Assembly: GCF_036971445.1 (NCBI RefSeq)
Contig: NC_091482.1
Location: 1,922,001-1,986,000 of the forward strand
Reading direction: 5' to 3'
From: Narcine bancroftii
Taxonomy: Eukaryota
Length of the DNA: 64,000 nt
The notes under the pieces were generated by a model. It ran no database searches, had not been told where the DNA came from, and worked only from the letters and a program-made list of their open reading frames with translations. Position 1 is the first letter of the stretch. Every line of letters begins with the position of its first letter. This document shows, piece after piece, positions 12,104 to 26,389 of the stretch. A program made the position numbers and the translations under genes.

Positions 12104-13369
12104 GTGTCAGGGGTGATACTCTTCACATCAGTCTATGCCATCAGGCCCATGGAAACCATCCCACTGCATTGTTTGAACCAGAGAAGGGGAGATCCACTTC
12201 AGATTCAGATTCATTGTCACTTGTACCAAGGTGAAGTGAGAAAGTTTGTTTTGCGATCAGTCCTGCTAGTTATCCCAGACGGTAAAAATCACAGTACGGA
12301 GTGCAGTTATTGCAAGAACATAGTCAGAGCAAAGCAGACTCAACTGGTTGGAGAATCTTCCAGGGGTCCCCCTGGTGAACTGAGGGTCAAGGTTTATTTC
12401 ATTATTAGGAATAGGAGGCCATTCAGTCTCTCGTGCTAGCTCAATCCTTCAATCAGATCGTGTCTGTTCTTTTACTTCAGCACCATCCTGAGATCCATCT
12501 GTCGATCTCGGAATTGGACACATTTGTGACAGCCACAGCCTCCTCTGGCAGAGAATTCCAAAGATTCATCCTCCCCTCTCATTTCTGGCCACTTCTTTTG
12601 GGAAGGGGGCAGTTTGAAGGAGATGTGCGTGGCAAGTTTTTTTTAAACACAGAGGGTGGTTTGTGCCTGGAATGGGCAGCCAGGGGTAGTGGTGAAAGTG
12701 GATACAATGGTAGTATTCTAGAAGAATCGTGTGCAGGCAGAAGAGATGTAGTTTAAATGGGACATCATATTCAGAGTGGTCATTGTGGGCTGAATGGCCT
12801 GTTCCTGTGCTGTACCATTCTATGTTCTTAAGGCTGGAGAACCTAGCACAGCTGATCGGACCTTGCCCTTAGCTCCACCTTCCTCCCCTCCAAAACTCCT
12901 GACTTTCCCGCTGACCCAAGGGCTGTGCAGGGGTGAATATATTTAGCCTCCACAGCTGCAGGATTCCATCATCCATCATCCTCACCCACTCTGCCAGGGA
13001 CAAGACCTAACGGCTATTTATCAGGTCCTTCCTAGAGAAGAACTCCCTCTACCTCTCTCTCTTGTAAACGTGACCACTTCTTCCAAAACTGTGCTTCGAG
13101 ATATCCCCACAAGTGAAATGTCCTCTCAGCATCCACCATGTCAATCCCTTCAGTACCTTTGGAGTTTCAATAAGGTCACTCCTAACTCTTCTACCTTCAG
13201 TGAACCATTGCCTCATGCACCAACCACTCCTCAGAACTGCCCAGGTGCTAACATGGAGCTCCAGTCCTTGTCGACACTCATTACACAAGGAAGCTGTCCC
13301 ACGAGTGAGGAACACAGGCCAAATCTCTCCCTTCTGCCCCTCAGCTCAAACGTATCCCTCTTTCCACAG

Positions 13370-13564
13370 GGAAGGAAGTGCCTGCCCCCATCCCAGCTCT
13401 ACAGGAGCATCAGCCTGCAGCGGTGGGCCTGGCTCACTTGCCCATCTCCGCAGTAACCAAGTCCGGGGAGAAGTTTTCTGCAGAAGTCTCGAGTGGTGGA
13501 GTATCCCGGCCAGAATCTCTCAGCCATCTGACTTTGAGTAAAGGCCAGACTGCAGAGCAGGCAG
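13370..13564 (+). CDS. SMTNL2: SMTNL2 coding exon 3
   Basis: Acceptor TTTCCACAG|. (G)KEVPAPIPALQEHQPAAVGLAHLPISAVTKSGEKFSAEVSS resembles SMTNL2 [21 protein letters not shown]. Donor CAG|GTGAGT; phase 1-1. Confidence 0.85.
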
Positions 13565-14119
13565 GTGAGTGGATCCAAGGCACAGGTCCTGAGATGCCCT
13601 TGGTGTGGCTGGGTCCTTCCTCCCACTAATCTGGCTCACAACACCACAGTCCTCACGATAGGGCGGTCTAAAATCAGAGGGCAAAGATTTACCGTGAGAG
13701 GGGAAAGATTTCAATGGGACCTGAGGGGCACCACAGATCCGGCCTCAATCTATTCCGTAGGGTGGGCCAGTCTAGAACTGACTCATGGGAACCAGGGATC
13801 GGACGGGATTCAAGAGGATGCTGAGGGCAAGAAGGGCCTCGGGTGCTGATGAAGGCTTCCTGATCAGTTGGAGGTTTAGATCTGGAGCCCGAGTTGCCGA
13901 GGGATCGAACGGGAGTGTGTGTGGCTGCAGGGGCTGTGGGAGGGCTGGGAGCAAATCCACGGACACTCAGTGACCGTGAAGGGACTCTCTTTTGCTTATC
14001 TTTCCCTTATTGATAGGGGCGCTGGGCAATGCTCACGGAGACTCTGCTTGCCTTACGGCGGACAGGTTTATCATATACGTTACATTTTTAATGTATTATT
14101 ACGTGAAAATTAAAAGAAC

Positions 14120-14900
14120 TTTTGAACTAGAGGGCATAGAGTAACGGTGAGAGGGGAAAGATTTAAAGGGGACTTCAGGGGCACCTTCTGTACACAGAGG
14201 GCAGTGGGTGTGTGGACGAGCTGCCTGAGGAAGTGAGAGCCGGCGACAACTGCAATGTTCAAAAGACATTTCGACAGGTCCTCAGATTGGGAAGGTTGGG
14301 ACGGATAGGATCCAAATGCAGGCAAATGAGACCAGTTTAGACAAAGTTGTCATGGACTGGCTGTGCTGAACAATCTGTTTCTGTGCTCATTGTTAGAGGG
14401 ATGGAATTCAGGAGCAGGGAGGTTCTGCTGTTACTGTACCAGGTCCTAGTGAGGCCAGTTGATTCCAGGGATGCAGGGGTTGGCCTATGAGGAGAGATTG
14501 AGTCGTTTGGGACTGTACTCCCTGCAATTAGAAGAATGAGAGGAATAGATAAGATAGAGTTCGATAAGTTGTTTCCATTGGTGGGGGAGACGAGAACGAG
14601 GGGACATGGCCTCAAGCTCCAGGGGAGTAGATTTAGGATGGAGATGAAGAGGAATGGCTTTTCCCAGAGGGTGGGGAATCTGTAGGATTTGCTGCCTGAT
14701 GAAGCAGTGGAGGCGACCTCAGTAAATATATTTAAGATCAGGTTGGATAGAATTTTCACATAGTTGGGGAATTAAGGGATATGGGGAAAAGGCAGGTCGG
14801 TGGAGATGAGCCCATCATCGGATCAGCCACGATCTTATTGAATGGGGGGGGGAGGGCCGGCTTGATGGGCCGGATGGCCGACTCCTGCTCATGTTTTTGA
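14120..14900 (+). mobile_element. Tandem CR1-clade LINE 3' fragments
   Basis: Two CR1-like 3' ends (GGGCATAG...AAGATTTAAAGGGGAC; TTCCCAGAGGGTGGGGAATCTG...GATGGCCGACTCCTGCTC). Confidence 0.7.
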
Positions 14901-16044
14901 TGTCAGTATGTACGACTATGACGAACTCTGACCTTGGGTGCCGTCTGTGTGGGAATGAATGGGTTCTCCCTCACTTCCCTGACTGCTTGGAGATCTGACA
15001 TGATGCTTCTTGACAGGTCCATCAGTACAATGTACAGAGGTACTGAAATTCTTCCCTGCTGCAGCCTCACAGGTCAGCAAGCTGTACCAACTGCCACAGT
15101 ATGAACAATATTCATGAACGGAGAGATAGATAAATATTCCAAGTTACAGCAAGTTAAAAATAAAAGTGGTGCCTCGATAGAGCAGATGAACCTTTTGGTG
15201 GAGAACAGAAAGAATGCAGATGCTCAACCTTGAGCACACAGAGAGCTGCAGCGGTACTGGGCCCAGCGGGACGGGCAGCATCCATGGGGACAGATGGTCA
15301 GACAACGCTACAGGTTGAGATTCTTTATCGAGACAAGTGAAAAGGGAGTGAAGCAACAATACGAAAGGGGCAAGGACCTGGGGGAGGGCCAAGAGGTGAT
15401 GGGGTATTGGACAGGTGTGAGAGGTGATCCTGAAACATTCCAAAGTTCCTTTTATTGCCACAAAATAATACATTAAAAATGGAACATTCATTCAATATTT
15501 AAACCTGCCAGCCGTCAGGCAAAGAGTTGCCATTAGTGTTGCCCGGCGCCCCTTACAATACAAGAAAAGCAAAAGAGAGTCCCTGCAGAGACGCTGAGTG
15601 TCCGTGGATTCGCTTCCAGCCTGCCCTTCCCCACCCGCAGCCACACTGACCTCTGTTTAATCCATCAACAACCCAAGCTCCAGATCCAAACCTCCGACAT
15701 GATCAGGGAATCTTCAGTTGAGGTTCAGGGTGCGGTTCGAGGGTCTGGTGGCTCTAGTGCATGTCCAGGCAAGTCATCACCCACTTTATACCTTTGCGGT
15801 CCATCCAGTTTTAGGGCCAGGCTCTCGTCACTCCTTGCTGAAAACATCAACGTCACCCAGCATGTTGGAAGATTCTGCCCCTAGAACGTGCCATCTGCCT
15901 GATCTACAGCAACGTCTCTGTGACAGCACTGCACGGTCCCACACGCTGACTGGGTCCACAATGCAGGGCAGTGAGGGAGGAGAGTCAATGCCAGCATTGC
16001 CAGTGACGTCACCATCCCCTGAACACAGGGGCCAACAGTGAGTG

Positions 16045-16625
16045 GGTTAAGGACTTCAAATTCCTGAGTGTCAACATCTCTGAAGATCTACCAATCACGA
16101 AGAAGGCTTGCCAGCGGCTATACCGTGAGGAGTCGGAGGAGATTCGGTACGTCACCACAGAATCTTGTAAACTTCTCCAGGTGTACAGAGGAGAGCTTTC
16201 TGTCCAGTTACATCACTGATACGGAGGCGCCAATGCTCAGGACAGGAAAAGGCTACAGAGAGTTGTGAACTCAGCCCGCGACATCACAGGCACCAGACTT
16301 CACTCCATCAAGGACGTCGACAAGAGACAGTGTTTCAAGAAAGCAGCTTCTATCCTCAAGGATTCCCACCATCCAGGCCATGTCTGCTACTCTGCTACCA
16401 TTGGGAATGGGATGCAGGAGCCTGAAGATGAGCACTCAGCGGCATAAGGACAGATTCTTCCCCTCCACAGATTCCTGAATGAACCACAGACATGACTTCA
16501 CCTTCTCTTCTTTTGCACTAATTTAATTATTTGTAAAATGTTATTTGTATCAATATTTACACTGTAATCTTGCCACAAAACAACATTTTTCGTGACATGT
16601 TCAAGGCAATAAATTCTGATTCTGA
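16045..16625 (+). mobile_element. Rex1/Babar-clade LINE 3' fragment
   Basis: FKFL.V.IS motif, then RRFGTSPQNLVNFSRCTEESFL and KKAASILKDSHHPGH; tail AATAAATTCTGATTCTGA. Confidence 0.7.
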
Positions 16626-16794
16626 CCAGCATCTCATGAAACGGTCAGAGCAGATCTGAGTGTGTGCAGAGAGCTGGGTGGTCTGCATTACAACATCAAA
16701 CAGATTCTGGGATAATGTGGTGCATGTGGACAAATGGGATCTGGGTTGGGGTGGACATTTCTATACTGTGATCCTATCTTTGTTCTTCTTGCAG

Positions 16795-16870
16795 ACAAGA
16801 ACACCAACGTTAGTAAGACAGTCTCTTCAGTCAGTCACTCGATGTCTAGTGACGTCCATTCTCCCTCCAG
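16795..16870 (+). CDS. SMTNL2: SMTNL2 coding exon 4
   Basis: Acceptor TTCTTCTTGCAG|. (D)KNTNVSKTVSSVSHSMSSDVHSPS (cf. EKNSSFTWSVPSS). Donor CAG|GTGAAG; phase 1-2 fits both neighbours. Confidence 0.8.
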
Positions 16871-17024
16871 GTGAAGACCCTCTGAAGCTTTGCATCAGCT
16901 CCGTAACTAATACATCCTTATTAATTATGAAGCTGCGGTCTATTTGGCCCATTGGGTCTGTGCTAGCTCCAACAAGAGCAATGCCATTGGTCTCATCACC
17001 CTGTCCTAACCCAGCAGCCAGTTA

Positions 17025-17605
17025 GAACCATAGAATGTTACAGCACAGAAACAGGCCCCTTCGGCCCTTCTAGTCTGTGCCTAGTCCCACTGACCTGAAC
17101 CCAGTCCTTACAGCTCCATAGCCCTCTCATCCATGGATCTGTCCAAATTCTTCTTAAATGTTAAAATTGAGCCCGCATTCACCACTTCAGCTGGCAGCTC
17201 GTCCACACTCCCACCACTCTCTGTGTGAAGAAGTTCCCCCTCATGTTTCCCCTTAAACTTTTCCCCTTTTATCCTTAACCCATGTCTTCTGGTTTGTATC
17301 TCATCCACCCACAGTGGGAAAAGCTGACCTACATTTACTATGTTTGTCCCCCTCATAAATTTAAATACCTTGATCAAATCTCCCCTCATTCTTCTACACT
17401 CCAGGGAATAAAGTCCTAACCTGTTTAACCTTTCCCTGTAACTCAGTTCACGCTGCCTTGTTGATATCTTTCCTGTAGTTCAGTGACCAAAACTGCACAT
17501 AATACTCCAATGTCTTATACAACTTTACCACAACATCCCAACTCCTGTACTTGATACTTTGATTTAAGAAGGTCAATGTGGCAAAAGCTCTCTTTACAAC
17601 CCTCT
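17025..17605 (-). mobile_element. CR1-clade LINE 3' fragment
   Basis: ORFs 17108..17389 and 17448..17639 (MRGDLIKVFKFMRG; YRSWDVVVKLYKTLEYYVQFWS). Confidence 0.85.
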
Positions 17606-18044
17606 CATTACCTTCATCAATTAATCTTTCGGCTACCAAACACCCCCTGAGGTTCCCTCAGCCAGTGGTTAGCTGGCCCTCACATTTTTGGGATGTGAAA
17701 GGAAACCGGACCCCCTTCACCCCCACCTCCATGTGGTGAAATGCACGCCATCTCGGGCAGAAGTGGCAACCCCACAGACGGGAATGGAGGTCAGAGTCAC
17801 TCCCAGGTACCAGGAGCCGTGAGGGAACAGCATTACCCGCTGTGCCACTACACGCTCCTGTTGGCATCAAGGCGATGGGGTTGCCCAAGCTGGTTTACGG
17901 CCAGGAAGCTGCCAACTGCTATGAGACCATAGATCAGAGCAGAGTCCACCTTGTCTGGTAGCACTCAGGAGTTAGTTTTGAAGCAATCCTCAGTCCCTCA
18001 TTTCCAATCTCAGTAACACTTTAACCTCATATATCCCTGACTCC

Positions 18045-18610
18045 CCGAATAACCTCCACCATCACTATCATTCAGGGCCCCAAACAGTCCTTCCAGGTGA
18101 AGCAACACTTCACTTGTGAAGCTGTGGGACTGATCTACTGCATCTGGCTCCTGTTGTGGCCATCTCTACATTGGAGAGTCTGGACACAGACTGGGAGATC
18201 ACTTCACTGACCACCTTCACTGTCCGCATCAGTGACAGGGATCTCCTAGTGTCCGACCACTTCAATTCCACGCCCCACTCCCACACTCACATGTCCGTCC
18301 ACGGACTCGTGTACTGTCACACCAAAACCACCCTTAAAATGAAGGAACAACATCTAATTTTCCATCTGGGCTCTGTCCAACCGAACCGACTTCTCCAGTA
18401 CCTGCTGGCCCACTCCCCGTTCTCCCTCCCTTCCCTGTCCCTCTGTCCCCTTCCCTCCAGCTCTCCACCCCCCTCTCCATTCACAGAGCCATTCCCCCCA
18501 CCCCATTTGCTGCTGTGCCCTCCCTCCCTTAGCCACCTATGACCTCCTGCCTGTTGGGCCGTCTCCTCCCCCTCCCCCTAACCCCCTATGATTTTGTTTG
18601 GGCACCTTAT
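18045..18610 (+). mobile_element. Penelope-like element, GIY-YIG endonuclease remnant and 3' region
   Basis: Across frameshifts reads IQGPKQSFQVKQHFTCEAVGLIYCI...CGHLYIGESGHRLGDHFTDH...VSDHFNSTPHSH...LKMKEQHLIFHLGSVQP. Confidence 0.8.
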
Positions 18611-18744
18611 TTCCATCATTGGGTTATGCCTCGCTATCTTTATTCTCTAAAGTTCCCTGTGTGACCAGCTTGGTGTTTGAACTCTGTTCTCCAGAGTCAG
18701 CATTGGTTTTCTAACATCTTTACCTCAATGGTTTCTTTCTACAG

Positions 18745-18915
18745 TGTCCTTGACCTTTACTCGGGTGTGACTTCCAAATCCCGGTCACCGCCCCCAACCC
18801 TGCCGCGACAGGGGGGGAAAAGACCCCTGCTGATGCGGTCACAGACTCTGCCCCGGATATCGGGACCCCAATCCAGGAAGGCGCTCTTTGAGAAGTTCGA
18901 ACAGGAAAGCAGCAG
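18745..18915 (+). CDS. SMTNL2: SMTNL2 coding exon 5
   Basis: RQGGKRPLLMRSQTLPRISGPQSRKALFEKFEQE (cf. [34 protein letters not shown]). TTTCTACAG| ... CAG|GTTAGA; phase 2-2. Confidence 0.92.
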
Positions 18916-19652
18916 GTTAGAACCCAGCCTGAAAAACAGTATGGGGGAGGGTAGGAGGGGCGGCGAAGGAGCTCTGTACTATGGGAGGGGCAGTGAGGGA
19001 GCTCTGCCCTGTGGGAGGGGGGGGTGATGAGGCAACTTTGCACCACGAGAGGGGTGGTGAGGGACCTCTGCATCATGGGAAGGATAGTTAAGGAAACCTT
19101 TCACTGTGTAAAGCTGTCTTTGAGAACCCCACATGCATGAAGGGGACGTTATTTGGACAAAATCACTCTCTGGTTCATGTCGATGGAGGTGTTCCTACCA
19201 ACCTCATTTTGAATAAGGGCAAAATATCCCTGACATTAACACAAAAAAATACACCTGGTCCCTGTCATCTGTGGGATCATGCTGTGCTAAGCTGCCATCT
19301 GGGCAACAGTATGGCACAACGGTTATTGCTGTTGCTTCACTGCTCCCCTGACCCAGGTTGGTTGCCATGTGAGAACAGGAGCCAACACCATTATGAAGTG
19401 GCAGGTGGGCTGAATTCCAGTATAAAGATATACAGCATGGTAACAGACCCTTCCGGCCAATGACCCTGTGTCCAATTAACCTACAAACCCTGTACGTCTT
19501 GGAATGTGGCGTGAACCCAGAGGAAACACACAGACACAGAGAGAACGCACAAACTCCGCAGATTGGAACCTGGGTCACTGGACCTGTAGAAGTATTGTGC
19601 TAATGTCCACGCTAACAGTCTGTAAACTGACTCCTGGCAGTGGGTACCGTGA

Positions 19653-20087
<435 letters not shown>

Positions 20088-20464
20088 TGAAGAAGGGCTC
20101 AGTCCTGAAACGTTGGTTATACATCTGTACCTCCGATGGACACAAGATCCTCCAGCGTTTGTGTTTCATAACGTGTGGGAAGAGACAGGCTACAAGATAT
20201 CTCCAGCCAGGGGCTACCTCCGCTCAATGCGCTGGTCTGTGGCCTGCACCAATGGTCAGAGCCCATCATCAACCCCGAGGTTCACCGCCCAGAAATGGGC
20301 GGACCAGCCGACAGCAGTCATCAGAAACTGGGTAATTTCTGGCCAACGTTTCCCCTCCTGATGCCCTGAACTTTTACCAGCCTAAATACACAGGTATTTC
20401 ACTCTCCTGCATCTTGAAGTCTATCTGGATGCCACAGGGTCCTACCTTTCTATTTGGATGTCCC

Positions 20465-20770
20465 AGGGTCAGACATTGAGTGAAGCTCCCTCCACACCGT
20501 CCCAGCACACACTCCTGGGGTCAGACACAGAGTGAAGATCCCTCTGCATTATCCTATCACACACTCCTGGGGTCAGACCCAGAGTGAAGCTCCCTCCACA
20601 CTGTCCTATCACACACTCCAGGGGTCAGACACAGAGTGAAGATCCCTCTGCATTATCCCATCACACACTCCTGGGGTCAGACCCAGAGTGAAGCTCCCTC
20701 CACACTGTCCCATCACACACTCCTAGGTTCAGACACTGAGCGAAGACCCTTTGCACTGAGCCATCACACA
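20465..20770. repeat. ~54-bp minisatellite (ACACTCCTGGGGTCAGACACAGAGTGAAGCTCCCTCCACACTGTCCCATCAC)
   Basis: About 5-6 tandem copies with alternating variants. Confidence 0.9.
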
Positions 20771-20940
20771 CTCAACAGTAGAGACAGCATAGATTACAAA
20801 TGTATCTTTAAATGTTAATGTTGGATACAGAGCAGACAGAACTTTGCCTGTCCAGCCCACGCTGTCCCTGACTTTGCAGCATTTGATGAGTGCATCTAAC
20901 CCTTGCCTGCAGAGCCTCTGTAATCAGAGAGGGATTGTAA

Positions 20941-21114
<174 letters not shown>

Positions 21115-21379
21115 TGAGTACACCCCCCCACCACCCAGGTCAGACATGGCCCACATGCCTAGGTTCACAGCAGAGATCCAGGGGAGGGTATCAGACCCAT
21201 TGGATGGATCAGGGACCAGAACTAGTGTGTGTTGGGGTGAGAGCATACAGCGTTATGGAACAATCTGGTTAAATATCCCTCCAACCGTTGTCTGGGGAGA
21301 AAGCCCCAGAGGATTTTAGATTCATTTAAAGGTACCCTACTTTAAAATGAGCAGTCTAATCACTGGCTGTGTGAATGTT

Positions 21380-22415
21380 ATAACCATAGAATGTTACAGC
21401 ATAGAAACAGGCCCCTTCAGCCCTTCCAGTCTTTGCCAAACCATTATTTTGCCTAGTCCCACTGACCTGCACCCAGTCCATAGTCCTCCATACCCCTCCC
21501 ATCCATGGACCTGTCCAAATTCTTCTTAAATGTTAAAATTGAGCCCACATTCACCTCGTAAGCTGGCAGCTCATTCCACATCCCCACCACTCTCTGTATG
21601 AAAAAGTTCCCCCTCATGTTCCCCTAAACTTTTCCCCTTTCACTCTTAACCCATGTCCTCTGGTTTGTATCTCACCCACCCTCAGTGGAAAAAGCCAACC
21701 TACATTAACTCTATCTATCCCCCTCATAATTTTAAATTCCGCTATCAAATCTCCCCTCATTCTTCTATGCTTCAGGGAATAAAATCCTAACCTGTTTAAC
21801 CTTTCCCTGTAACTCAGTTCCTGAAGTCTGGGCAACATCCTAGTAAATCTTCTCTGCCCTCTTTCTATCTTATTGATATCTTTCCTGTCGTTAGTTGACC
21901 AAAACTGCACACAATTCTCCAAATTTGGCCTCACCAATGTCTTATACAACTTTACCATAACATCCCAACTCCTGTACTCAATACTTTGATTTATGAAGGC
22001 CAATATGCCAAAAGCTCTCTTTACAACCCTGTCCACCTGTGATGCCACTTTCAGGGAATTATGTATCTATATTCCCAGGTCCTTCTGTTCTTCCGCACTC
22101 CTCAGTGCCCGACCATTCACCATGTACGTCCTTTCTTGGTTTGTTCTTCCAGAATGCAACACCTCACACTTGTCTGCATTAAATTCCATCTGCCATTTTT
22201 CAGCTGGTCCGGATCCCTCTGCAAGCTTTGAAAACTTTCCTCACTGACAATGCCTCCAATCTTAGAGTCAACTGCAAACTTGCTGATCCAATTTCCCACA
22301 TTATCATCCAGATCACTGATGTAAGTGACTGACAAACAACAATGGCCTCAGCACCGATCCCTGAGGGACATCATGGGTCACAGGCCTCCAGTCTGAGAAG
22401 TATCATCCACCACTA
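21380..22415 (-). mobile_element. CR1-clade LINE 3' ~1 kb
   Basis: ORFs 22117..22335 (YISDLDDNVGNWISKFAVDSKIGG) and 21614..22048 (VRPNLENCVQFWS...IERGQRRFTRMLP). Confidence 0.9.
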
Positions 22416-22844
22416 CTCTTGTTGTTGGGCTACAATGTGATTAACATCAAATCCAAACCATCAGAGAGCCAGATAAAAGCTTCATCCCACCCTGGCCAAA
22501 CTCCCTTCACCCACCCCCCCCCCCACCCCCACCCCTAGGGAAGAAGGTTCATGAGTGTGCGATCACACACCACCAGATTCAAGGAGAGTTAGCAGACTCC
22601 TGTATTAACCTGGAGAGCCCTGACAGATCTCTCTCTGAAACTCTGCATTCTGTGGCTTAATATGTACAGGTTAACTAGCTGCAAAATGGACTTTCTCACT
22701 ACCTTGGAACATGTGACACTGAACTTGACTCAGGGGGATCATGGACCTGTCTAAAACCCCCAGTGCCAGTAACCACAGTCTGGATGATGTCCATGCATCC
22801 CCTCTCCTCTCCCCAGAAGAAATAACCACTGTAATTACAGGTGA

Positions 22845-23570
22845 ACCTGCTGCAAATACCCTTCATTGAACAGAGGGGCCTTGGGTCCCAAATCCATGCA
22901 TGTCTCAAGGTCACCACGCAGGTTGAGAGGATAGTTAAGAAGGCCTATGGGATGCTGGGCTTCACCAGTTGGGGGGATTGAGTTCAGGAGTTGAGAGGTC
23001 ATGTTGCACCTCTACAAATCTCTAATGAGTCCACACTTAGAGCATTGTGTTCAGTTCTGGTCACCTCATTACAGGAAGGATGTGGAAGCTGTGGAGGGGG
23101 CAGAGGAGATTTACCAGGATGTTGCCTGGATTGGGAAACATCTTATGAAGCAAGGTTACCAGAGCTGGGACTTTTCTCTTTGGAGTGTAGAAGGATGAGA
23201 GGAGACAATAGAGGTTTACAAGATTCTGAGAGGCATAGATAGGGTGGGCAGCCAGCTCCTGTGTCCCCAGGGCAGGATCAGCAAACACCAGAGGACGTGT
23301 GTACAAAGTTAAGGGAGGGAAGTTTAGGGGAGACGTCAGGGGTAAGTTTTTTTTACACAGAGAGTTTGAGTGCCTGGAATGCCTTACAGGGGATGGTGGT
23401 GGAGGCTGGAACATTAGGGGCATTTAAGAGACTCTTAGACTGGCCCATGGATGGATGGGAAATAGAGGTTTACTGGGTAGGGAGGGGTTAGTACTTTTTA
23501 TTAGGAAGGAATATATGGGTCGGCACAACATCGAGGGTCGAAGGGCCTGTACTGTGCTGTAGTGTTCTAT
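22845..23570 (+). mobile_element. CR1-clade LINE 3' fragment
   Basis: MLHLYKSLMSPHLEHCVQFWSPHYRKDVEAVE; 3' end GGCCTGTACTGTGCTGTAGTGTTCTATG. Confidence 0.85.
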
Positions 23571-23615
23571 GAAAGGAGGGCAGGGAGAGGTGCTGAGCAA
23601 GTGAGAACCTTGTGA

Positions 23616-23753
<138 letters not shown>

Positions 23754-23956
23754 ACCCACATGGCTTCCGGACATGATGGGGTGGGCGCAGAGCCCAGGGG
23801 ATCCCTGACGTGGTGCAGACAAACCTCAGCGGTGTGCCAGGGGACAAACAATTCCAACCAGCAACTCCCGTTAATGCAACAGCAGAACCAATTGCAAGGC
23901 ATATCACGGTTGGCAGACAGGAGACATTCGCACGTACCGTCTCACTGAAAGATTAC

Positions 23957-23962
23957 AATAAA
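23957..23962 (+). terminator. Putative SMTNL2 polyadenylation signal AATAAA
   Basis: About 200 nt after the stop, followed by T/GT-rich sequence. Confidence 0.55.
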
Positions 23963-25294
23963 GAAAAGATTCACTTGTATTGTCAGGATGGCTTCCTACA
24001 AACCCTGCACTAAACCAAAGTTTAGAAGATTGTTCATGAGAATTGGTCTCACCCCAGAGATCATGGGTGGCTCTCTCCTTCTCAGCCCTCAGCTCATGAC
24101 TCTGTTACCCCCAAGTCCCATAATGGAGTAAAACAAGAAATTTTCCGTCTATGCTCTTTCCATCTGGGTGGCATCAACATCGACTTCTCCGGTTCCTGCT
24201 GGCCCATTCCCCATTCTCCCTTTCTTCCCCGTCCCTCTGTCTGCTTCCCTGCAGCTCTCCACTCCCCTTCCCTCTCCATTCACAGAGCCACATTGGTTCT
24301 GTGTCTTTATCTTGACTCTATAAAGGACACTGTCTGACCTGCTGACAGGAGCACTGTGTTATAACAGAGGAGGCGTAACACTAAGACCCACCTGATCTCG
24401 ATGGTAATGTAAAGGATCCTTAGAACATTCCAGCACAGTACAGGCTCTTCAGCCCATAATGATATGCTGAGCTATGTAAACCTGCTCCACAACAATGTAA
24501 CCCTACCTCCCCCACACCCATAACCCTCTCACATCCATGTGTCTGTCTAAGAGTCTCTTAAATGCCCCTATTCTTCCAGCCTCCACCACCACCTCGGCAA
24601 GGCATTTCAGTCCCCCACTTACCTCTGATGTCTCCCCTGCTGTTTGCTATCGTCACCCCAGGTAAAAGGGACGTATTTTAAAAAGGAAGGAGGAGGGGTT
24701 TCTTGATCAGTATTTATTCCTTGAAAAATATCATGAAAATTCTACTGGTTGGTGGGATCTTGCTGTGCGCCAGTAGGCTGCCTGTTTTCTACACTTTCTG
24801 GGTCGTGTACGCTGAGACCAGGGAAGATGTGGCTTCTGCACATTTACGGAGTGATATGGGTAACCACCAACAGGTTTTAACGAGACACAGCTCCTGACTT
24901 GACTGTCGAGTTCCAATAGCAAGGCTGTCAGGGTGGGCAAGTCCAAGAGAGGGGACAGCTCTCACCTTACATCAGAACTAGAGGTGGGTCCTGACCTTTT
25001 CCCTCTCTTCACAGATGATGCCTTGCCAGCTGACAGTTTCCCCCTGAGAAGTTACTCTTGTCCCCAAATTTAAAATTTTTGCCATAACTGCAGGACGAGT
25101 TGTTGGAAAATGCTTCGTGTCCTGGACCTGCGAGGTCTCGTCTCTTTAGATAGACACTGAAAAGTGCAAATGCTGGAACCTAGAGTACATGGCAAATGGC
25201 TGGAGGGTCGCAGGAGGTCAGGGAGCGTCCGTGGGGAGAGGTGGTCAGTCAAGGGTTGGGTGTCTCAATAATGGGTCCCCACCCAAAATGTTTG

Positions 25295-25326
<32 letters not shown>

Positions 25327-25582
25327 TTTTTAAATTTTTTTTATTTTTCACACCATAAATCACATTAGCCATGATATACACTATTTCTTTTCACACATAT
25401 ACAGTGACTTTTTCTCCCCCCCCCCCCTTTCCTCCCAAACCACCCCCCCACCCCCCCCTCTCATCCATTTTAGGTATACAATCTAGGTTGCATTAAGCCA
25501 GTCAGACAATGTTGTCATTCAACCAAATTACACCAGAAATTCTACTGAGTCCATTCTTTTCTTTCCTTCTCCTTCCATCAAC

Positions 25583-25790
25583 TTAGGTAATGTTTGTCCC
25601 CGGTAGGTTTTCGCTATTGTATTTAATGTAAGGCTCCTATACTTGTTCGAATATTTCAATGTTATTTCTTAACCAATATGTTATTTTTTCTAATGGAATA
25701 CATTTATTCATTTAAATTTGGTAGTTTCTTCCTTTTAATTTGGTTATGTATTCCATTAATATTTAAAGACATATAGTTCAGCGTAGCCCT
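25583..25790 (-). pseudogene. Collapsed L1 ORF2 remnant (EN N-terminus fused to ORF2 C-terminus)
   Basis: AGG (in place of ATG)-ATLNYMSLNINGIHNQIKRKKLPNL joined near 25713 to MNKCIPLEKITYWLRNNIEIFEQV*EPYIKY...*. The latter is homologous to the ORF2 tail at ~63290-63385 (EMQSFIPLEKTT...RQPYL). Confidence 0.8.
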
Positions 25791-26389
25791 TTTATATTTT
25801 GTTTATCTTCTCTTTCCGTTTTTCCATCATTACCTTTCCTCCTTTTCCATTTCTGTTTTCTTATTTTCAACTCTTTATAAGACAACATTCCTACAACATC
25901 TAACATTTTCCTTATTCTCCTATTTCTATCTTATTTATCCCCAATCTCCCCTTCACCTCCTGAGTTGTCCTTTATCCCTTGTCGGACAACCACATCTCCC
26001 CTCTCCATTTGGATTTGCGAATCCACTCGCAAGCGTCAACTGATTTTGCAGTGACCGCTATTTCCCCCCACCCCGCCTCCCCCAGAAAAGATTTCACTTT
26101 TCATATGTCACAAAGGTCCCTCTTTTAATTCCCTCCTTATTCTCTCTATTCCATTACCTTCCCTTATTAATTCTTGTCTATACTATCCATATTTTCCTCT
26201 AAGTACAGATACATTCATGTATGCTCATTGTCTCTATTCACTCTTATACCTCTTTACCTGCATACATATCAATCGTGATCATTTTTACTCTCATTACCCG
26301 TCTTCATCCCTCAGTCTATTTTTGTCTTTACCCACATACATATCAGTCGTGATCATTTTAACTCTCATTACCCGTCTTCCTCCCTCAGT

